A stretch of 64,000 nucleotides of DNA from Gemmatimonadota bacterium (GCA_039589315.1 JBDHHQ010000001.1:103995-167994); one strand, 5' to 3'. Shown: positions 10,859 through 21,450, counted from the first letter of the stretch. A program made the numbers and translations. The notes: a model not told the origin generated them from the sequence alone.

Positions 10859-12403
10859 GTGACACACGACCGCATCCTCATCGTGGACTACGGCTCCCAG
10901 TACACACAGCTCATTGCCCGGCGCATCCGGGAAGAGCGCGTCTACAGTGAGATCCACCCGCCCACCCGGAGCCTCGCCTGGATCCGGGAGTGGGGGCCCA
11001 AGGGGATCATCCTCTCCGGAGGGCCGTCCTCCGTATACGGTGACGACGTTCCCCTGGCCGATCCGGAGCTCCTGCGCATGGGGATCCCGGTCTTGGGCAT
11101 CTGTTACGGCATGCAGCTCATCGCCCACCTCGAGGGCGGCGACGTGGTGCACGGAAGACGGGAATACGGTCGGGCCGACCTGACGGTTGCCGACGACTCC
11201 GACCTGTTCGACGGCTTCGGAACGGAGGAGACCACCACCGTGTGGTGCTCCCACGGCGACCACGTGGACAGCCCGCCCCCCGGATACCGGACGCTGGCGT
11301 CCACCGCGACGCTTCCGGTAGCGGCGTTCGGATCCGACGACGGCGCGGTCTACGGGGTCCAGTTCCACCCGGAGGTGGCCCACACGCCCAGGGGCGAGGA
11401 GCTGCTCTCGAACTTCCTGTTCCGGATCTGTGGATGCCGCCCCACCTGGACGGCCGGCGCGTTCATCGAGGAGACGGTCTCGGCCATCCGGGAGAAGGTC
11501 GGGGACCGCATCGCCATCTGCGGCCTGTCGGGAGGTGTCGACTCGTCGGTGGCCGCGGCCCTCGTTCACCGGGCCCTCGGCGATCGCATGACGTGCATCT
11601 TCGTCGACCATGGCCTGCTGCGGCAGGGCGAGCGGGAAGGCGTCGAGCGGACGTTCCGGAAGCACATGGGGATCCGGCTGGTCGTGGCCGAGGCGGCCGA
11701 CGAGTTCCTCAGGCCCCTGGCTGGCGTGGAGGATCCGGAACGGAAACGCAAGATCATCGGAGAGACGTTCATTCGGGTCTTCGACCGCGTCGCGCGGGAA
11801 GAGGGTACGGGCGCCGAGTTCCTGGTCCAGGGAACGCTCTACCCGGACGTCATCGAGTCCGTGGCGGTGGGCGGCCCGTCCGCCACGATCAAGACCCATC
11901 ACAACGTAGGCGGCCTTCCCGACCAGATGCCCTTCGAGCTCATCGAGCCACTGCGGGAGCTCTTCAAGGACGAAGTGCGTCAGGTGGGACGAGAGTTGGG
12001 CCTGCCCGAGGAATTCGTGGGCCGCCACCCGTTTCCCGGTCCCGGGTTGGCGATCCGGGTGCTGGGCGCGGTGACCGAGGATCAGCTCCGCGTGCTCCGG
12101 GACGCAGACGCCATCTACCTGGAGGAGATCCGGGCTGCGGGCCTGTACGACGAGATCTGGCAGGCCTTCGCGGTGCTGCTGCCGGTCCGGTCCGTCGGTG
12201 TGATGGGCGACGCCCGAACCTACGAGAACGTGATCGCCATTCGGGCGGTGACGTCGCGGGACGGGATGACCGCCGATTGGTACCCCTTTCCCCACGACGT
12301 GCTGGCCCGCATCTCCACCCGGATCATCAACGAGGTGGCCGGCGTGAACCGGGTCACGTACGACATCAGCTCGAAGCCGCCGGCCACCATCGAATGGGAG
12401 TGA
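10859..12403 (+). CDS. guaA: GMP synthase (glutamine-hydrolysing)
   Basis: [35 protein letters not shown]. Confidence 0.97.
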   Translation: MTHDRILIVDYGSQYTQLIARRIREERVYSEIHPPTRSLAWIREWGPKGIILSGGPSSVYGDDVPLADPELLRMGIPVLGICYGMQLIAHLEGGDVVHGRREYGRADLTVADDSDLFDGFGTEETTTVWCSHGDHVDSPPPGYRTLASTATLPVAAFGSDDGAVYGVQFHPEVAHTPRGEELLSNFLFRICGCRPTWTAGAFIEETVSAIREKVGDRIAICGLSGGVDSSVAAALVHRALGDRMTCIFVDHGLLRQGEREGVERTFRKHMGIRLVVAEAADEFLRPLAGVEDPERKRKIIGETFIRVFDRVAREEGTGAEFLVQGTLYPDVIESVAVGGPSATIKTHHNVGGLPDQMPFELIEPLRELFKDEVRQVGRELGLPEEFVGRHPFPGPGLAIRVLGAVTEDQLRVLRDADAIYLEEIRAAGLYDEIWQAFAVLLPVRSVGVMGDARTYENVIAIRAVTSRDGMTADWYPFPHDVLARISTRIINEVAGVNRVTYDISSKPPATIEWE

Positions 12404-12415
12404 CCGAACGCCGAC

Positions 12416-12802
12416 TCAAGAGACGATGGCGTCGGCCTCGATCTCGATGAGCATGTCAGCGTGGATCAGGCGGTTCACCTCTACCATCGTCGTGCACGGA
12501 GGATGGTCGGCGAAGAAGTCGGCATGGGCCCGGCCGAAGGAGTCCCACCGGGAGATGTCGGTGACGAACATGCGGGTGCGCACGACCGACGACATGTCGG
12601 CGCCGAGGTCCGCCAGCGACCGCTGGATGATCTCGAGGCAGCGCCGTGCTTGCACGTAGCCGTCGCCGATGCCCACCACGTCGCCGTCGTCATCTACGGC
12701 GGCCGTCCCGGTGACGAATACACGATCGCCGTGACGCAGCGCGCGGCAGTACGCCACCTGCTTCTCCCAGGGTGCACCGCTGAAGCTTCGCTGGAAGTCC
12801 AT
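12416..12802 (-). CDS. RidA/YER057c/UK114 family protein
   Basis: WEKQVAY, VFVTGT, IEIEADA; lacks the RidA PAR arginine. Confidence 0.85.
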   Translation of the reverse strand: MDFQRSFSGAPWEKQVAYCRALRHGDRVFVTGTAAVDDDGDVVGIGDGYVQARRCLEIIQRSLADLGADMSSVVRTRMFVTDISRWDSFGRAHADFFADHPPCTTMVEVNRLIHADMLIEIEADAIVS

Positions 12803-12976
12803 TCGCCATCCTCAGACGGTGTGTCGACGTATTGGGTAACGTGGCGCCTCAGAGGTCCCGCAGGCACCGAGAGTGCCGAGGCCTCACGCCAAACGTGCAT
12901 TGTGACGACGCGGGCCACCACGCGCCACCGGCCGTGGACCAGGGCTCGCATCACTGGTTCGGGAGCGTCCCCTGTC

Positions 12977-13603
12977 ATGAAACCTCTCCTGTATGCGGCC
13001 ATTGCCCTGTCGTTCTTGCTTCCGGGCGCCCTCCGGGCCCAGATCGCCTGGGAAGCTCCCCTCCTCGTGGCGCCCAACTCGCCGGCCGGCGTGAGCCTGG
13101 TGCTGGCAGAGATGGAGCCCAACGAAGGACTGGCCGGTATGGTGGCCTGGCGCGGTCAATCCGCGCCCGGGGGCGTGGGGCTGCGGGCGGGTCTGGGCGA
13201 GGGTGCGGGCGGCGATCTGGCCGGCTTCGGCGGCGTGGACTTCAGCGGCTGGATCCGGGACGGGGACCCGCAGTTCCCCTTGGACATCGCGTGGGTTGCG
13301 GGGGTGGGGATCGGCGCGGGCAACTGGGTGTTGATCTCGGCGCCGCTGGGGGCGTCGTTCGCCTACGAGGTCAGGGGGGACGACATCTGGTTCAACCCTT
13401 ACATCACGCCCTACCTGGTCGTGGATGCGGCACTGGGCGACAGTCGCCCGTCCAACCGGGACGACGTCGACCTGGGCATCGCGGTGGACATCGGCGCGGA
13501 TCTGGCGTTCAGCGCGGGGTGGGCGATCCGGTTCGGCGTCTCGCTCGGGGACCGGCAGGCTCTGGGCGTCGGGCTGCACATCCCCGGCGTGACGCTCCGG
13601 TAG
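12977..13603 (+). CDS. Hypothetical exported protein, probable outer-membrane beta-barrel
   Basis: Signal peptide (ALRA-Q); Gly/aromatic alternating strands. Confidence 0.6.
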   Translation: MKPLLYAAIALSFLLPGALRAQIAWEAPLLVAPNSPAGVSLVLAEMEPNEGLAGMVAWRGQSAPGGVGLRAGLGEGAGGDLAGFGGVDFSGWIRDGDPQFPLDIAWVAGVGIGAGNWVLISAPLGASFAYEVRGDDIWFNPYITPYLVVDAALGDSRPSNRDDVDLGIAVDIGADLAFSAGWAIRFGVSLGDRQALGVGLHIPGVTLR

Positions 13604-13884
13604 CGGAAAGCTCGCTTTACAACGGCGGCTCGCCGTCGTCTTCGGAGGCCGCGTCCCGGGCCATGGCCGCGGCCTGGTGCGTGCGGGCTCGGATGTGCCG
13701 GCCCCACGGCGCGGCATAGAGCCGAAGGGACACCGCCTCCGCCCGCCCCTCGACGTCCCCCTCGAACAGACGGAGCAGAGCAGGGCTCGTTCCTGTTTCG
13801 AGCGGGCGACCTCGTCCGGGGGAGCTCGGGCGCCCCCGCCGAGACCCGACGGGGACGCCCCTCCCCCAGGGGAGGAAGACGGCC

Positions 13885-15111
13885 TCAGTTGGGCGCGTGC
13901 ACGCCCTGGCCGCCGTAATTCCGGTCCTTGCCCATCCGCCCTCCGGACGGCGTGGCTACCTCGTTGTTCACCTTGGAGATGAACTGACGGATCGAGCCCG
14001 CGAAGGGCTCGGGGCTGCCGTTCTCGCCCCACGCGTCCGTATACCAGACTTCCGGCCCCTCTTCGTTGCGGATCCGGATGGAATTGATGTCCACGTCCCT
14101 GTGGGCCCCGTTGAAGGGCGACGTCGGGTCGTTCCACGCGGGGGTCGCACCGGCGACGTGCTCGCACAGTCCGCCCTCGGCCTGGAACCCGGAGCTCGTG
14201 ACCTCGCTGCACAGATCGACGGTGTTGCCGAGCAGGTTGGGCGAGTCGGGATCGTGATAGCGAGACGGGTTGAACACGTTGAAGTAGGGCCCGAGGCTCG
14301 CCAGGCTCCGGCCACTGCCCGAACGGATGCTCTCCGAGAACTGCCAGCTCTCCCTCAGGCGGCCGAAGTTCGAGCGCTCGCCGGGCGGCCTCAGGATGTG
14401 CCGCTCCATACACGTGCGGTCGGGCACGAGGCGCTTGCCGCCTCCCGACCGACCCCCGCGCTCGGGATCCACCACCACGTGGACGTCGCTCTCGCAGGAG
14501 CGGACGAACTCACCCGGATGCCCCACGTTGGTGAGGAACTGCAGGTGGATCTCCGATCCATCCGTGCAGCGGGCGTGGTAGGCCAGCTCGTGCTGCGGCT
14601 GCACGAACCGGCCGCTGCCTGCCGTGCCCTGATGGAGCTCCACCATGATGTCACACGAGATGGAGAACAGCGCGTTCCCCACGTCTCCGGGTCCCACGCT
14701 CATGGGCACGTCGTTCTCCCACTCCACCTTGAAGCCGGGGTGGGGAGCGAAGAAATCGGCGGCTTCGTTGGCCAGCCCGAAGGGGACGAAGCCCACATCC
14801 TCGAACAGGTCGGACCCGCGAGGGTCGCGCCCGTGCTCGTGTCCGAACGTGCAGCCCGTGTCCTCGTCCACCGGTGGATGCCAGGTCGGATAGAGCTTCC
14901 CGTCGGAGCCGACCACGGCGTACTCGTCGTGGATCTGCCTGGTGCAAGTGTCCACCTCGCTTGGCTCCCACGCCGAGAACGCCCGGCTGACGCCGGACGG
15001 GGCCATCTCGGGCGCGGCGAACCCGTCCGTTCCCTCACAGGCCACCAAAGCGGCCAGCAGGAACGGGATCGCTGCGGCCATCCGGCCGCCCTCTGGTGTC
15101 GAAGCTGTCAT
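13885..15111 (-). CDS. Hypothetical His/Cys-rich lipoprotein (GHEHG motif)
   Basis: GGAGGA RBS before ATG 15111; lipobox LVAC; WHPP, GHEHG, PHPGFK, HQGT motifs. Confidence 0.75.
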   Translation of the reverse strand: MTASTPEGGRMAAAIPFLLAALVACEGTDGFAAPEMAPSGVSRAFSAWEPSEVDTCTRQIHDEYAVVGSDGKLYPTWHPPVDEDTGCTFGHEHGRDPRGSDLFEDVGFVPFGLANEAADFFAPHPGFKVEWENDVPMSVGPGDVGNALFSISCDIMVELHQGTAGSGRFVQPQHELAYHARCTDGSEIHLQFLTNVGHPGEFVRSCESDVHVVVDPERGGRSGGGKRLVPDRTCMERHILRPPGERSNFGRLRESWQFSESIRSGSGRSLASLGPYFNVFNPSRYHDPDSPNLLGNTVDLCSEVTSSGFQAEGGLCEHVAGATPAWNDPTSPFNGAHRDVDINSIRIRNEEGPEVWYTDAWGENGSPEPFAGSIRQFISKVNNEVATPSGGRMGKDRNYGGQGVHAPN

Positions 15112-15164
15112 CTGTCCTCCTAGTGGGCCGGTCGCCCCTGTCGCAGACCGTCGCCGTTGCAGGT

Positions 15165-15644
15165 TCATCGGTCGGGAGCCCCGGAAAGAACCCATGCCCG
15201 GACCGAATCGATCTGGGCTGGGGTGAGCTGTCCGCCCAGCGGCATCTGGGTGCCGATCCCTCCGACCGCCCCGGCCAGCCCCTGGAGCTTCAGCAGCAGG
15301 TAGCTGGAGTCGGGCCGAGACGGGTCTATGCGGTACAGCGACGGTACCTGGACGGAGGCCACGCGGACGGTGTTGCTGTGGAGCGCTCCGGCGCTCAGGT
15401 CCAGTCCTTCCTTGGGCGCGGCGCCGGCGTGACAGCCGGAGAACGCGCAGCTCCGCGTGAAGACGGACTGGACGGCCTCGAAAGCGGTCAGGGACACATC
15501 CGGGTCGGGATCCGGGGGGTCGGCGGGTGCTGCGGGCCCCTCGCCGCCGCAGGAGGCCAGCACGGACGCCGCCGCCAGGGCCGCGGTCGCCACGTAGGTC
15601 CCGCGCAACACTCCCCGAAACCTCGGCAAGAACTTCTGGATCAT
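15165..15644 (-). CDS. Lipoprotein, putative c-type cytochrome with CX4CH motif
   Basis: Lipobox LASC; CAFSGCH; distal QMP; W..GA terminus. Confidence 0.65.
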   Translation of the reverse strand: MIQKFLPRFRGVLRGTYVATAALAAASVLASCGGEGPAAPADPPDPDPDVSLTAFEAVQSVFTRSCAFSGCHAGAAPKEGLDLSAGALHSNTVRVASVQVPSLYRIDPSRPDSSYLLLKLQGLAGAVGGIGTQMPLGGQLTPAQIDSVRAWVLSGAPDR

Positions 15645-15669
15645 GGGAAAAAGAGTACGCCGGATGAGG

Positions 15670-16257
15670 TCAGTGGAACGTGATGCCCAGGCCCAGGTGG
15701 ATCAGGGTCACGCCGGCTCCACCGGTGATGGCCCGATCGCCCGTGCTCAGCGTGCCGAACGACGTCGCGAGCAGGTCCAGGAAGGGGGTGAGGGCGTAGC
15801 CCGTGCCCAGGCCGATCTCGTATCCGGCACCGACCTGTAGCCCGAAGCTGGTGGTGCTGACCTCGGTCCCCTCCTGGTCCTGTGCCGAGAAGAACGAGAT
15901 GCTGGGGCCGGCTTTCAAGACCAGACCGCCGCCCGGGCTCGGGTAGAAGTACGCCGCAGGCGTAACCGCGCCAATGTACTGGTCGACCTCGTCAAATTGC
16001 GCCCAGGCAGACACTTCCACGCCCAGAAGGACCGTGGGGCCGAGGGTCATGCCGCCTCTGAGGTGTGCGGCCGTGCCGCCCCGCCGGTCGCGCGCGCAGA
16101 TGTCGCACGAGAGGCTCGAAGATCCCATGCCGACGCCCAGCCCGAACCAGGCGCCGGATCGGTCCGCACGCGAATCACCGAAGTCTTGCGCCGCCACGTC
16201 GGTGGGCGCCACCAGCAGGCACAGCATCATGAGAGACGGGGTCACGCAGTGTCGCAT
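15670..16257 (-). CDS. Outer-membrane beta-barrel protein (OmpA-like)
   Basis: Signal peptide, amphipathic strands, terminal GITFH; CDIC motif in a loop. Confidence 0.7.
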   Translation of the reverse strand: MRHCVTPSLMMLCLLVAPTDVAAQDFGDSRADRSGAWFGLGVGMGSSSLSCDICARDRRGGTAAHLRGGMTLGPTVLLGVEVSAWAQFDEVDQYIGAVTPAAYFYPSPGGGLVLKAGPSISFFSAQDQEGTEVSTTSFGLQVGAGYEIGLGTGYALTPFLDLLATSFGTLSTGDRAITGGAGVTLIHLGLGITFH

Positions 16258-16501
16258 CTCGCCTTCTCCCGGGTCGTTCCCGTCAGGGCCGCCCCGGCGG
16301 ACGGGTCCACCCGTCCCTCCTGTAGCGGCCGCTACACACCCCTGGATGTGCAGGTTTCGGACCCGGGGCGGGCCAATCCGGAAGGGCCGAGGCGGAAGGT
16401 GGGAGCCCGCCCTGTCCTCGTGGGGGGACAGGGCGGGCGGGTGGTGCCCTCAGAGGTCCGGTGGCCACGGCACCGTGGCACCGGAACGGCCGTAGCCCGG
16501 A

Positions 16502-16882
16502 CTAGTCGTTGACCGAGTCTGCCGGCGGGTCCGGGAGGGCCACCCGCAAGTCGTCGATCTTGCCCTCGATGGAATCCCAGACACCGTGCATGAACTGAGC
16601 GTTCCTGCCGTGGACCTCGACGAACTCCAGCAGGTCGTTCTCGGTGACGTCATGCTCGGCCAGGATCCGGTCGCGCTCGTCCGTGGGAAGCTGGTCGGTG
16701 CCCGCCTCGAGCGCCGCCATGCGGAGGGCCACGTACACCTCGATGAAGCGGCCCTCGTCGATGGCGGCCTGGTCCGCTTCGCCGAAGTCCCCGCAAGCGA
16801 CCGGGACCAGGACGCCGGCGACCAGGACGGCCAGCACCGGGAGGACGCGCAGCGTCCCCCCGAGGTGCTTCCCCGTCTCCAT
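16502..16882 (-). CDS. Hypothetical lipoprotein (DUF4296-like)
   Basis: Lipobox PVAC; RILAEHDVT helical motif; coupled to the OPT stop codon. Confidence 0.6.
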   Translation of the reverse strand: METGKHLGGTLRVLPVLAVLVAGVLVPVACGDFGEADQAAIDEGRFIEVYVALRMAALEAGTDQLPTDERDRILAEHDVTENDLLEFVEVHGRNAQFMHGVWDSIEGKIDDLRVALPDPPADSVND

Positions 16883-18903
16883 CAGGTGTCCGACAGGTGT
16901 CGGTTCGCCGCGGTCCACACGAGCCAACACAGCGCGACGAACACGATCGTTCCGATGAGGGCCGAGGAGCCCGGGAACAGCCCTTCGGACCACTCGTGCC
17001 CGAGAACCCAGGCATCGGCGGCCGCGGGGTCCCCGGTGAACCGGGTCACACCGTAGATCAGACCGCCGATCAGCACGCCCACGAGTGCCGCCCCCGCGAT
17101 GAGCCCGGAGGCGAAGAGCACGCCTTGCTCTCGCTTCTCTGCGTACTCCTCGGTGACCTGCGAGCCTTCGACCTCCTTGACGCCGTACTTCCGGCTCAGC
17201 CCCAACCTCATGAGCCCGCCCACGAAGATAGGAGTCATGAGGGAGACCGGCAGATACACACCGACGGCGAACGCCAGGGACGGCAGCTTGAATACGAACT
17301 CGACGACGCCCGCGATGATCATCCCCAGGATCACGAAGCCCCAGGGGAGGCTGTTTTCGAGGACTCCGTCGATCACGAGGCTCATGAGCGTGGCCTGGGG
17401 AGCCGCGAGCCCGTCAGCGGTGCCGATGCCATAGGACTCGTTCAGAACGACCAGCACGCCACCCATCACCGCGGCGCTGGCCATGACGCCGATCATCTCT
17501 CCCCACTGCTGGCGCTTCGGCGTTGCGCCGACCAGGAAGCCGGTCTTGAGGTCCTGGGAGGTGTCACCGGCGATAGCGGCCGAGATGCACACGACCGCAC
17601 CTACGGCCAAGACTGCGACCTTCGACGCCACGCTGCCGTCGTTGAGCCCCAGGGCGACCCAGATGAGGGACGTGAGGATGAGCGCCGCGATCGTCATGCC
17701 CGAGACCGGATTCGAAGAGGATCCGATGAGCCCCACGATCCGGCTCGAGACCGTCACGAAGAAGAAGCTGAAGACGATGATGAGCAGCGCGCCGAGGATG
17801 TTGACCGGTACGCCCGGCCACAGCCAGAGCGCCACGGCCATCAGCGCGGCCAGGCCCAGGACGAGCGTCATGGGCAGGTCTTGCTGCGTGCGAGGCACCG
17901 AGCCGGGGCCGGCCAGGTCGAGCTGCTTCACGCCCAGCTTGAAGCTCTCGACGATGGTGGGCAGGGACTTGAGCAGGGTCACGATCCCCGCGAAGCCCAC
18001 CGCCCCGGCGCCCACGTAGCGGATGTAGTGGTTCCAGATCTCGGCGGACGCCAGCTCCGCCATCGGTGCAGTGGCCGGGTACACCACGTCGCTTCCACCC
18101 CAGATGTTGATGGCCGGGATCAGGATGAGCCAAGCCAGCGCGCTTCCGCCGAACATGATGGCCGCGATCTTGGGCCCGATGATGAAGCCTACGCCCAGGA
18201 GCTCAGGCGTGAAGTCTCCACCGATCTCGGCCTTCTTCGGCAAGGGGAACGCCGGGGACTCGTTCCACAGCGACAACCCGCGACTGTTGGCCAGGGCCTG
18301 ATACAGGGCCCCCACGCCGAGCCCGGCAAACAGCAATCGGGCCTTGCTCCCGCCCACGTCGCCCGCCACTTGCACCTCAGCGCACGCCGTGCCCTCCGGA
18401 TAGGGGAGCTTTCCGTGCTCACGGGAGATGAGGTAGGACCGGAGCGGGATCATGAAGAGAACGCCGAGCATCCCGCCGAAGAGCGCGATCACGCTGATCT
18501 GCAGCAGATCCACGACGATCGTCGGATCGGCCCGCTGCCAGATGAACAGCGCCGGCAGCGTGAAGATCACGCCGGCCGCCACGGACTCCCCCGCGGACCC
18601 CACCGTCTGGACCATGTTGGCCTCGAGGATGGTGCCCCGGTTGAAGAGACGGAATGCGGCCACGGCCATGACGGCCGCCGGAATGGAGGCGCTGACCGTC
18701 AGCCCGACACGGAGGCCCAGATAGGCGTTGGCGGCACCGAACACGACAGCCAGCACGATGCCGATGAGCACCGCCTTGAGGGTGAACTCCGCCATGTCCG
18801 TCTCGGCAGGCACGTACGGCGGATATTGGTCTCCAGGGATAACCTCGTAGGCCTCGGGCGGGAGGCCCTTCCGAGTGGTCTCGGTCGGCGTCGTGGTGGC
18901 CAT
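16882..18903 (-). CDS. OPT family oligopeptide transporter
   Basis: ANAYLGL, SASIPAA, YPEG, SSNPVSGM, QDLKTG, APQATLM. Confidence 0.92.
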   Translation of the reverse strand: MATTTPTETTRKGLPPEAYEVIPGDQYPPYVPAETDMAEFTLKAVLIGIVLAVVFGAANAYLGLRVGLTVSASIPAAVMAVAAFRLFNRGTILEANMVQTVGSAGESVAAGVIFTLPALFIWQRADPTIVVDLLQISVIALFGGMLGVLFMIPLRSYLISREHGKLPYPEGTACAEVQVAGDVGGSKARLLFAGLGVGALYQALANSRGLSLWNESPAFPLPKKAEIGGDFTPELLGVGFIIGPKIAAIMFGGSALAWLILIPAINIWGGSDVVYPATAPMAELASAEIWNHYIRYVGAGAVGFAGIVTLLKSLPTIVESFKLGVKQLDLAGPGSVPRTQQDLPMTLVLGLAALMAVALWLWPGVPVNILGALLIIVFSFFFVTVSSRIVGLIGSSSNPVSGMTIAALILTSLIWVALGLNDGSVASKVAVLAVGAVVCISAAIAGDTSQDLKTGFLVGATPKRQQWGEMIGVMASAAVMGGVLVVLNESYGIGTADGLAAPQATLMSLVIDGVLENSLPWGFVILGMIIAGVVEFVFKLPSLAFAVGVYLPVSLMTPIFVGGLMRLGLSRKYGVKEVEGSQVTEEYAEKREQGVLFASGLIAGAALVGVLIGGLIYGVTRFTGDPAAADAWVLGHEWSEGLFPGSSALIGTIVFVALCWLVWTAANRHLSDT

Positions 18904-18935
18904 GGGTCCCTTCGGCTGTGGTGATGGAATCGGGC

Positions 18936-18965
18936 AAGGTGGATTCGCGTCGAAGACGTTGTCAA
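18936..18965 (-). promoter_or_regulatory. Putative sigma70 promoter of the OPT gene
   Basis: TTGACA-N18-CACCTT on the minus strand. Confidence 0.4.
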
Positions 18966-19156
18966 GCGGAGCCGGGCCCTCGTCGCGCTGCCGATCCCCG
19001 TCACCATCGTGCGACGGGCGCCGAGGGCACCGCACCCGACAATCCCCCTCTTCCATCCAGGGTCCGAAGGCATCATAGTTGGGGGCCCACCCCCCAAAAC
19101 GTGGTCGAGCGAGACCGGACCCCTCGGGGTCCGGCGTCCAGCAAAAGGAGCGACGC

Positions 19157-19414
19157 ATGCAGCTTCTCTGGTTCCTGATCATCGGGTTCATCGCCGGATG
19201 GCTCGCGGCCCAGGTCATCAAAGGCAGGGACTTCGGCGCCTTCGGAAACACGGCCCTGGGGGTGGTCGGCGCCTACCTCGGCAACTGGGTGTTCGGTCTG
19301 CTGGGCTTTCGGTTCGGGGGCACGCTCGGCACGCTGATGGCGGCTTTCGCGGGTGCCGTCCTCCTTCTCCTCGTCCTCGGCCTGTTCGGGAAGAACGAGA
19401 GCGAGGAGGACTGA
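19157..19414 (+). CDS. GlsB/YeaQ/YmgE transglycosylase-associated membrane protein
   Basis: LIIGFIAGWLA...GVVGAYLG...GAVLLL; AAGGAG RBS. Confidence 0.88.
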   Translation: MQLLWFLIIGFIAGWLAAQVIKGRDFGAFGNTALGVVGAYLGNWVFGLLGFRFGGTLGTLMAAFAGAVLLLLVLGLFGKNESEED

Positions 19415-19433
19415 GCGAGGCGTGGGGAGAGCG

Positions 19434-20882
19434 ATGGCCGGCGCACGCGACCGCATGAGGCGCCTGACGACACTGACCGCCCTCGCCATCGTGGGCTGTG
19501 CCGTCAATCCAGCCACCGGTGCCCGGGAGCTCTCGCTGGTCAGCGAGTCGCAGGAGATCGCCATGGGCCAGCAGGAGGATCCCAAGGCGGCCGCCTTCTT
19601 CGGCATCTACCCGGACGAGGCGCTCCAGAAGTATGTGAGCGACCTGGGGCTGGAGATGGCGGCGCTGTCGGAACGGCCGCAGCTACCGTGGACCTTCCGC
19701 TTAGCGGACGACCCGGCCGTCAACGCGTTCGCGATCCCGGGCGGCTTTATCTACGTGACCCGCGGCATCATGGTCAGCCTCAACTCGGAGGCCGAGCTCG
19801 CGGGCGTCCTGGGCCACGAGGTCGGGCACATCACCGCCCGTCATTCGGCCAACCAGATGAGCCGCCAGCAGCTCCAGCAGATCGGTCTGGTGGCAGGCAT
19901 GGTCCTGTCGGAGCACGTTCGGCAGTACGGGGGCGTTTTGGCCCAGGGCCTGGCCGTCCTGAACCTGAGCTACAGCCGGGGCGACGAGTCCCAGGCCGAC
20001 GAGTTGGGTGTCCGGTACATGACCCGGTCGGGGCACGACGCCAGGGAGCTCATGGACGTCATGCAGACGCTGGCGCTGGTGTCCGGCGGCGCCAGCGAGC
20101 GTGTGCCGGAGTGGCAGTTGACGCATCCGTATCCGGAGAACCGTGAGGCGAACCTCCAGGCCCTCATCGCCGAGTCGGGCGTCGACTACTCGGGATCCAC
20201 GGTCGACCGTGACCCGTACCTCCGTCGGCTGGAGGGACTCGTGTTCGGCACCAACCCCCGGGAGGGGTTCTTCAAGGAAAGCAGGTTTCACCACCCGGAT
20301 CTCGCCTTCCGCCTGGACTTCCCGGACGGTTGGCGTGGGGTCAACCAGAAGACCGTGGTGGGGAGCGTCAGCCCGCAGGAGGACGCCTTGATCGCCCTCA
20401 GCGTGGCACAGGACGCCACCAGTCCCACGGCTGCACTGACCGAGTTCCGGGCTCAGGAGGGCGTGGAGAGCCGGAACGCCCGGGAGATCCGATTCAACGG
20501 CCTTCCGGCCGCCATGGCCGAGTTCGCCGCCAGCACGGACGGCGGCGTGCTCCAGGGCTACGTCGCGTACGTGGCCCATGGCGAGCTCGTCTACCAGCTC
20601 CTCGGCTACTCCGCCCAGGCGAGTTGGTCCCGGCACGCCGAGACCGTCCAGGCGAGCTTCGAGAGCTTTCAGGAGGAGCGGGACCGGGCGGTGCTGAACG
20701 TCCAGCCGGCGCGGGTCGAGATCGTCGAGGCGCCGCGCCGCATGACCTTCGCCGAGTTCCTGACGGCCTACCCGTCCACCGTGGACGATGCGGAGATCAG
20801 CCGGATCAACCGGCTTCAGCCCGAGGAGGCCGTGGCCGCCGGGACGCTGCTGAAGCGGGTGAGAGGAGGGGAGCTGCCGTAG
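19434..20882 (+). CDS. M48 family metalloprotease lipoprotein with C-terminal LysM-like region
   Basis: NAFAIPGG, HEVGH zinc motif, ESQAD, THP; start may be 19455. Confidence 0.88.
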   Translation: MAGARDRMRRLTTLTALAIVGCAVNPATGARELSLVSESQEIAMGQQEDPKAAAFFGIYPDEALQKYVSDLGLEMAALSERPQLPWTFRLADDPAVNAFAIPGGFIYVTRGIMVSLNSEAELAGVLGHEVGHITARHSANQMSRQQLQQIGLVAGMVLSEHVRQYGGVLAQGLAVLNLSYSRGDESQADELGVRYMTRSGHDARELMDVMQTLALVSGGASERVPEWQLTHPYPENREANLQALIAESGVDYSGSTVDRDPYLRRLEGLVFGTNPREGFFKESRFHHPDLAFRLDFPDGWRGVNQKTVVGSVSPQEDALIALSVAQDATSPTAALTEFRAQEGVESRNAREIRFNGLPAAMAEFAASTDGGVLQGYVAYVAHGELVYQLLGYSAQASWSRHAETVQASFESFQEERDRAVLNVQPARVEIVEAPRRMTFAEFLTAYPSTVDDAEISRINRLQPEEAVAAGTLLKRVRGGELP

Positions 20883-20991
20883 GACCCTGGACGACCCGAC
20901 GAGTCCAGGGGCAGGTTCCGCAGTCCCGGTGGGCGCCCGCGGCGCGTCCCGCGCTCAGGTCGATGGACCCACCCAGCGCCGGCTCCGCGCG

Positions 20992-21175
20992 GTAGGCCGG
21001 ACGCGCCGTACCACCTGAAGATGTTGGAGGCGCAGTTCACGGTCTCCCGTCCCACCCTCCGAGCCGCGACGAGCTCCACGTTATCCAGCCACACGTTCGG
21101 GGACAGGCCTTCGTCACGGGCCTCGCGGCGGAGCTGGCGAAGCCGGTGCGGCCCGGTGTTGTCGGCGAACCCCAC
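20992..21175 (-). pseudogene. Remnant C-terminus of an MltF-like lytic transglycosylase
   Basis: GLSPNVWLDNVELVAARRVGRETVNCASNIFRWY resembles the MltF-like C-terminal motif; YNAG decayed to DNTG; rest of gene absent. Confidence 0.6.
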
Positions 21176-21450
21176 GGCGGCGGCGGCGGACGGCAACGGT
21201 TGCATGATGCCAGGTGCCGGCCGGCACAGTAGGTCGCCGCCCGAGGGACGAAAGGGAAGGGCGCCGCCGCAAGCCTCGGAGGACGGCCTTCGGTGGCCCG
21301 GTTCTTGACCCATAAGGGGTAGAACAACCGAATCCGTGCGGTGTTTGGCCGGTTTGGCGGAAGCCGCCGCGCAAGAAGGCCCAATGACTGCCGATATGGC
21401 AGAGAGCGGCCCGGATGGCCGTTCCCGAGACGAAAGGACCGAACGAGAAG

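Noticed and set aside
13604..13884. Imperfect hairpins in the gap between convergent genes as a possible sRNA
   Set aside because: No promoter or family motif seen; consistent with termination structures in GC-rich DNA
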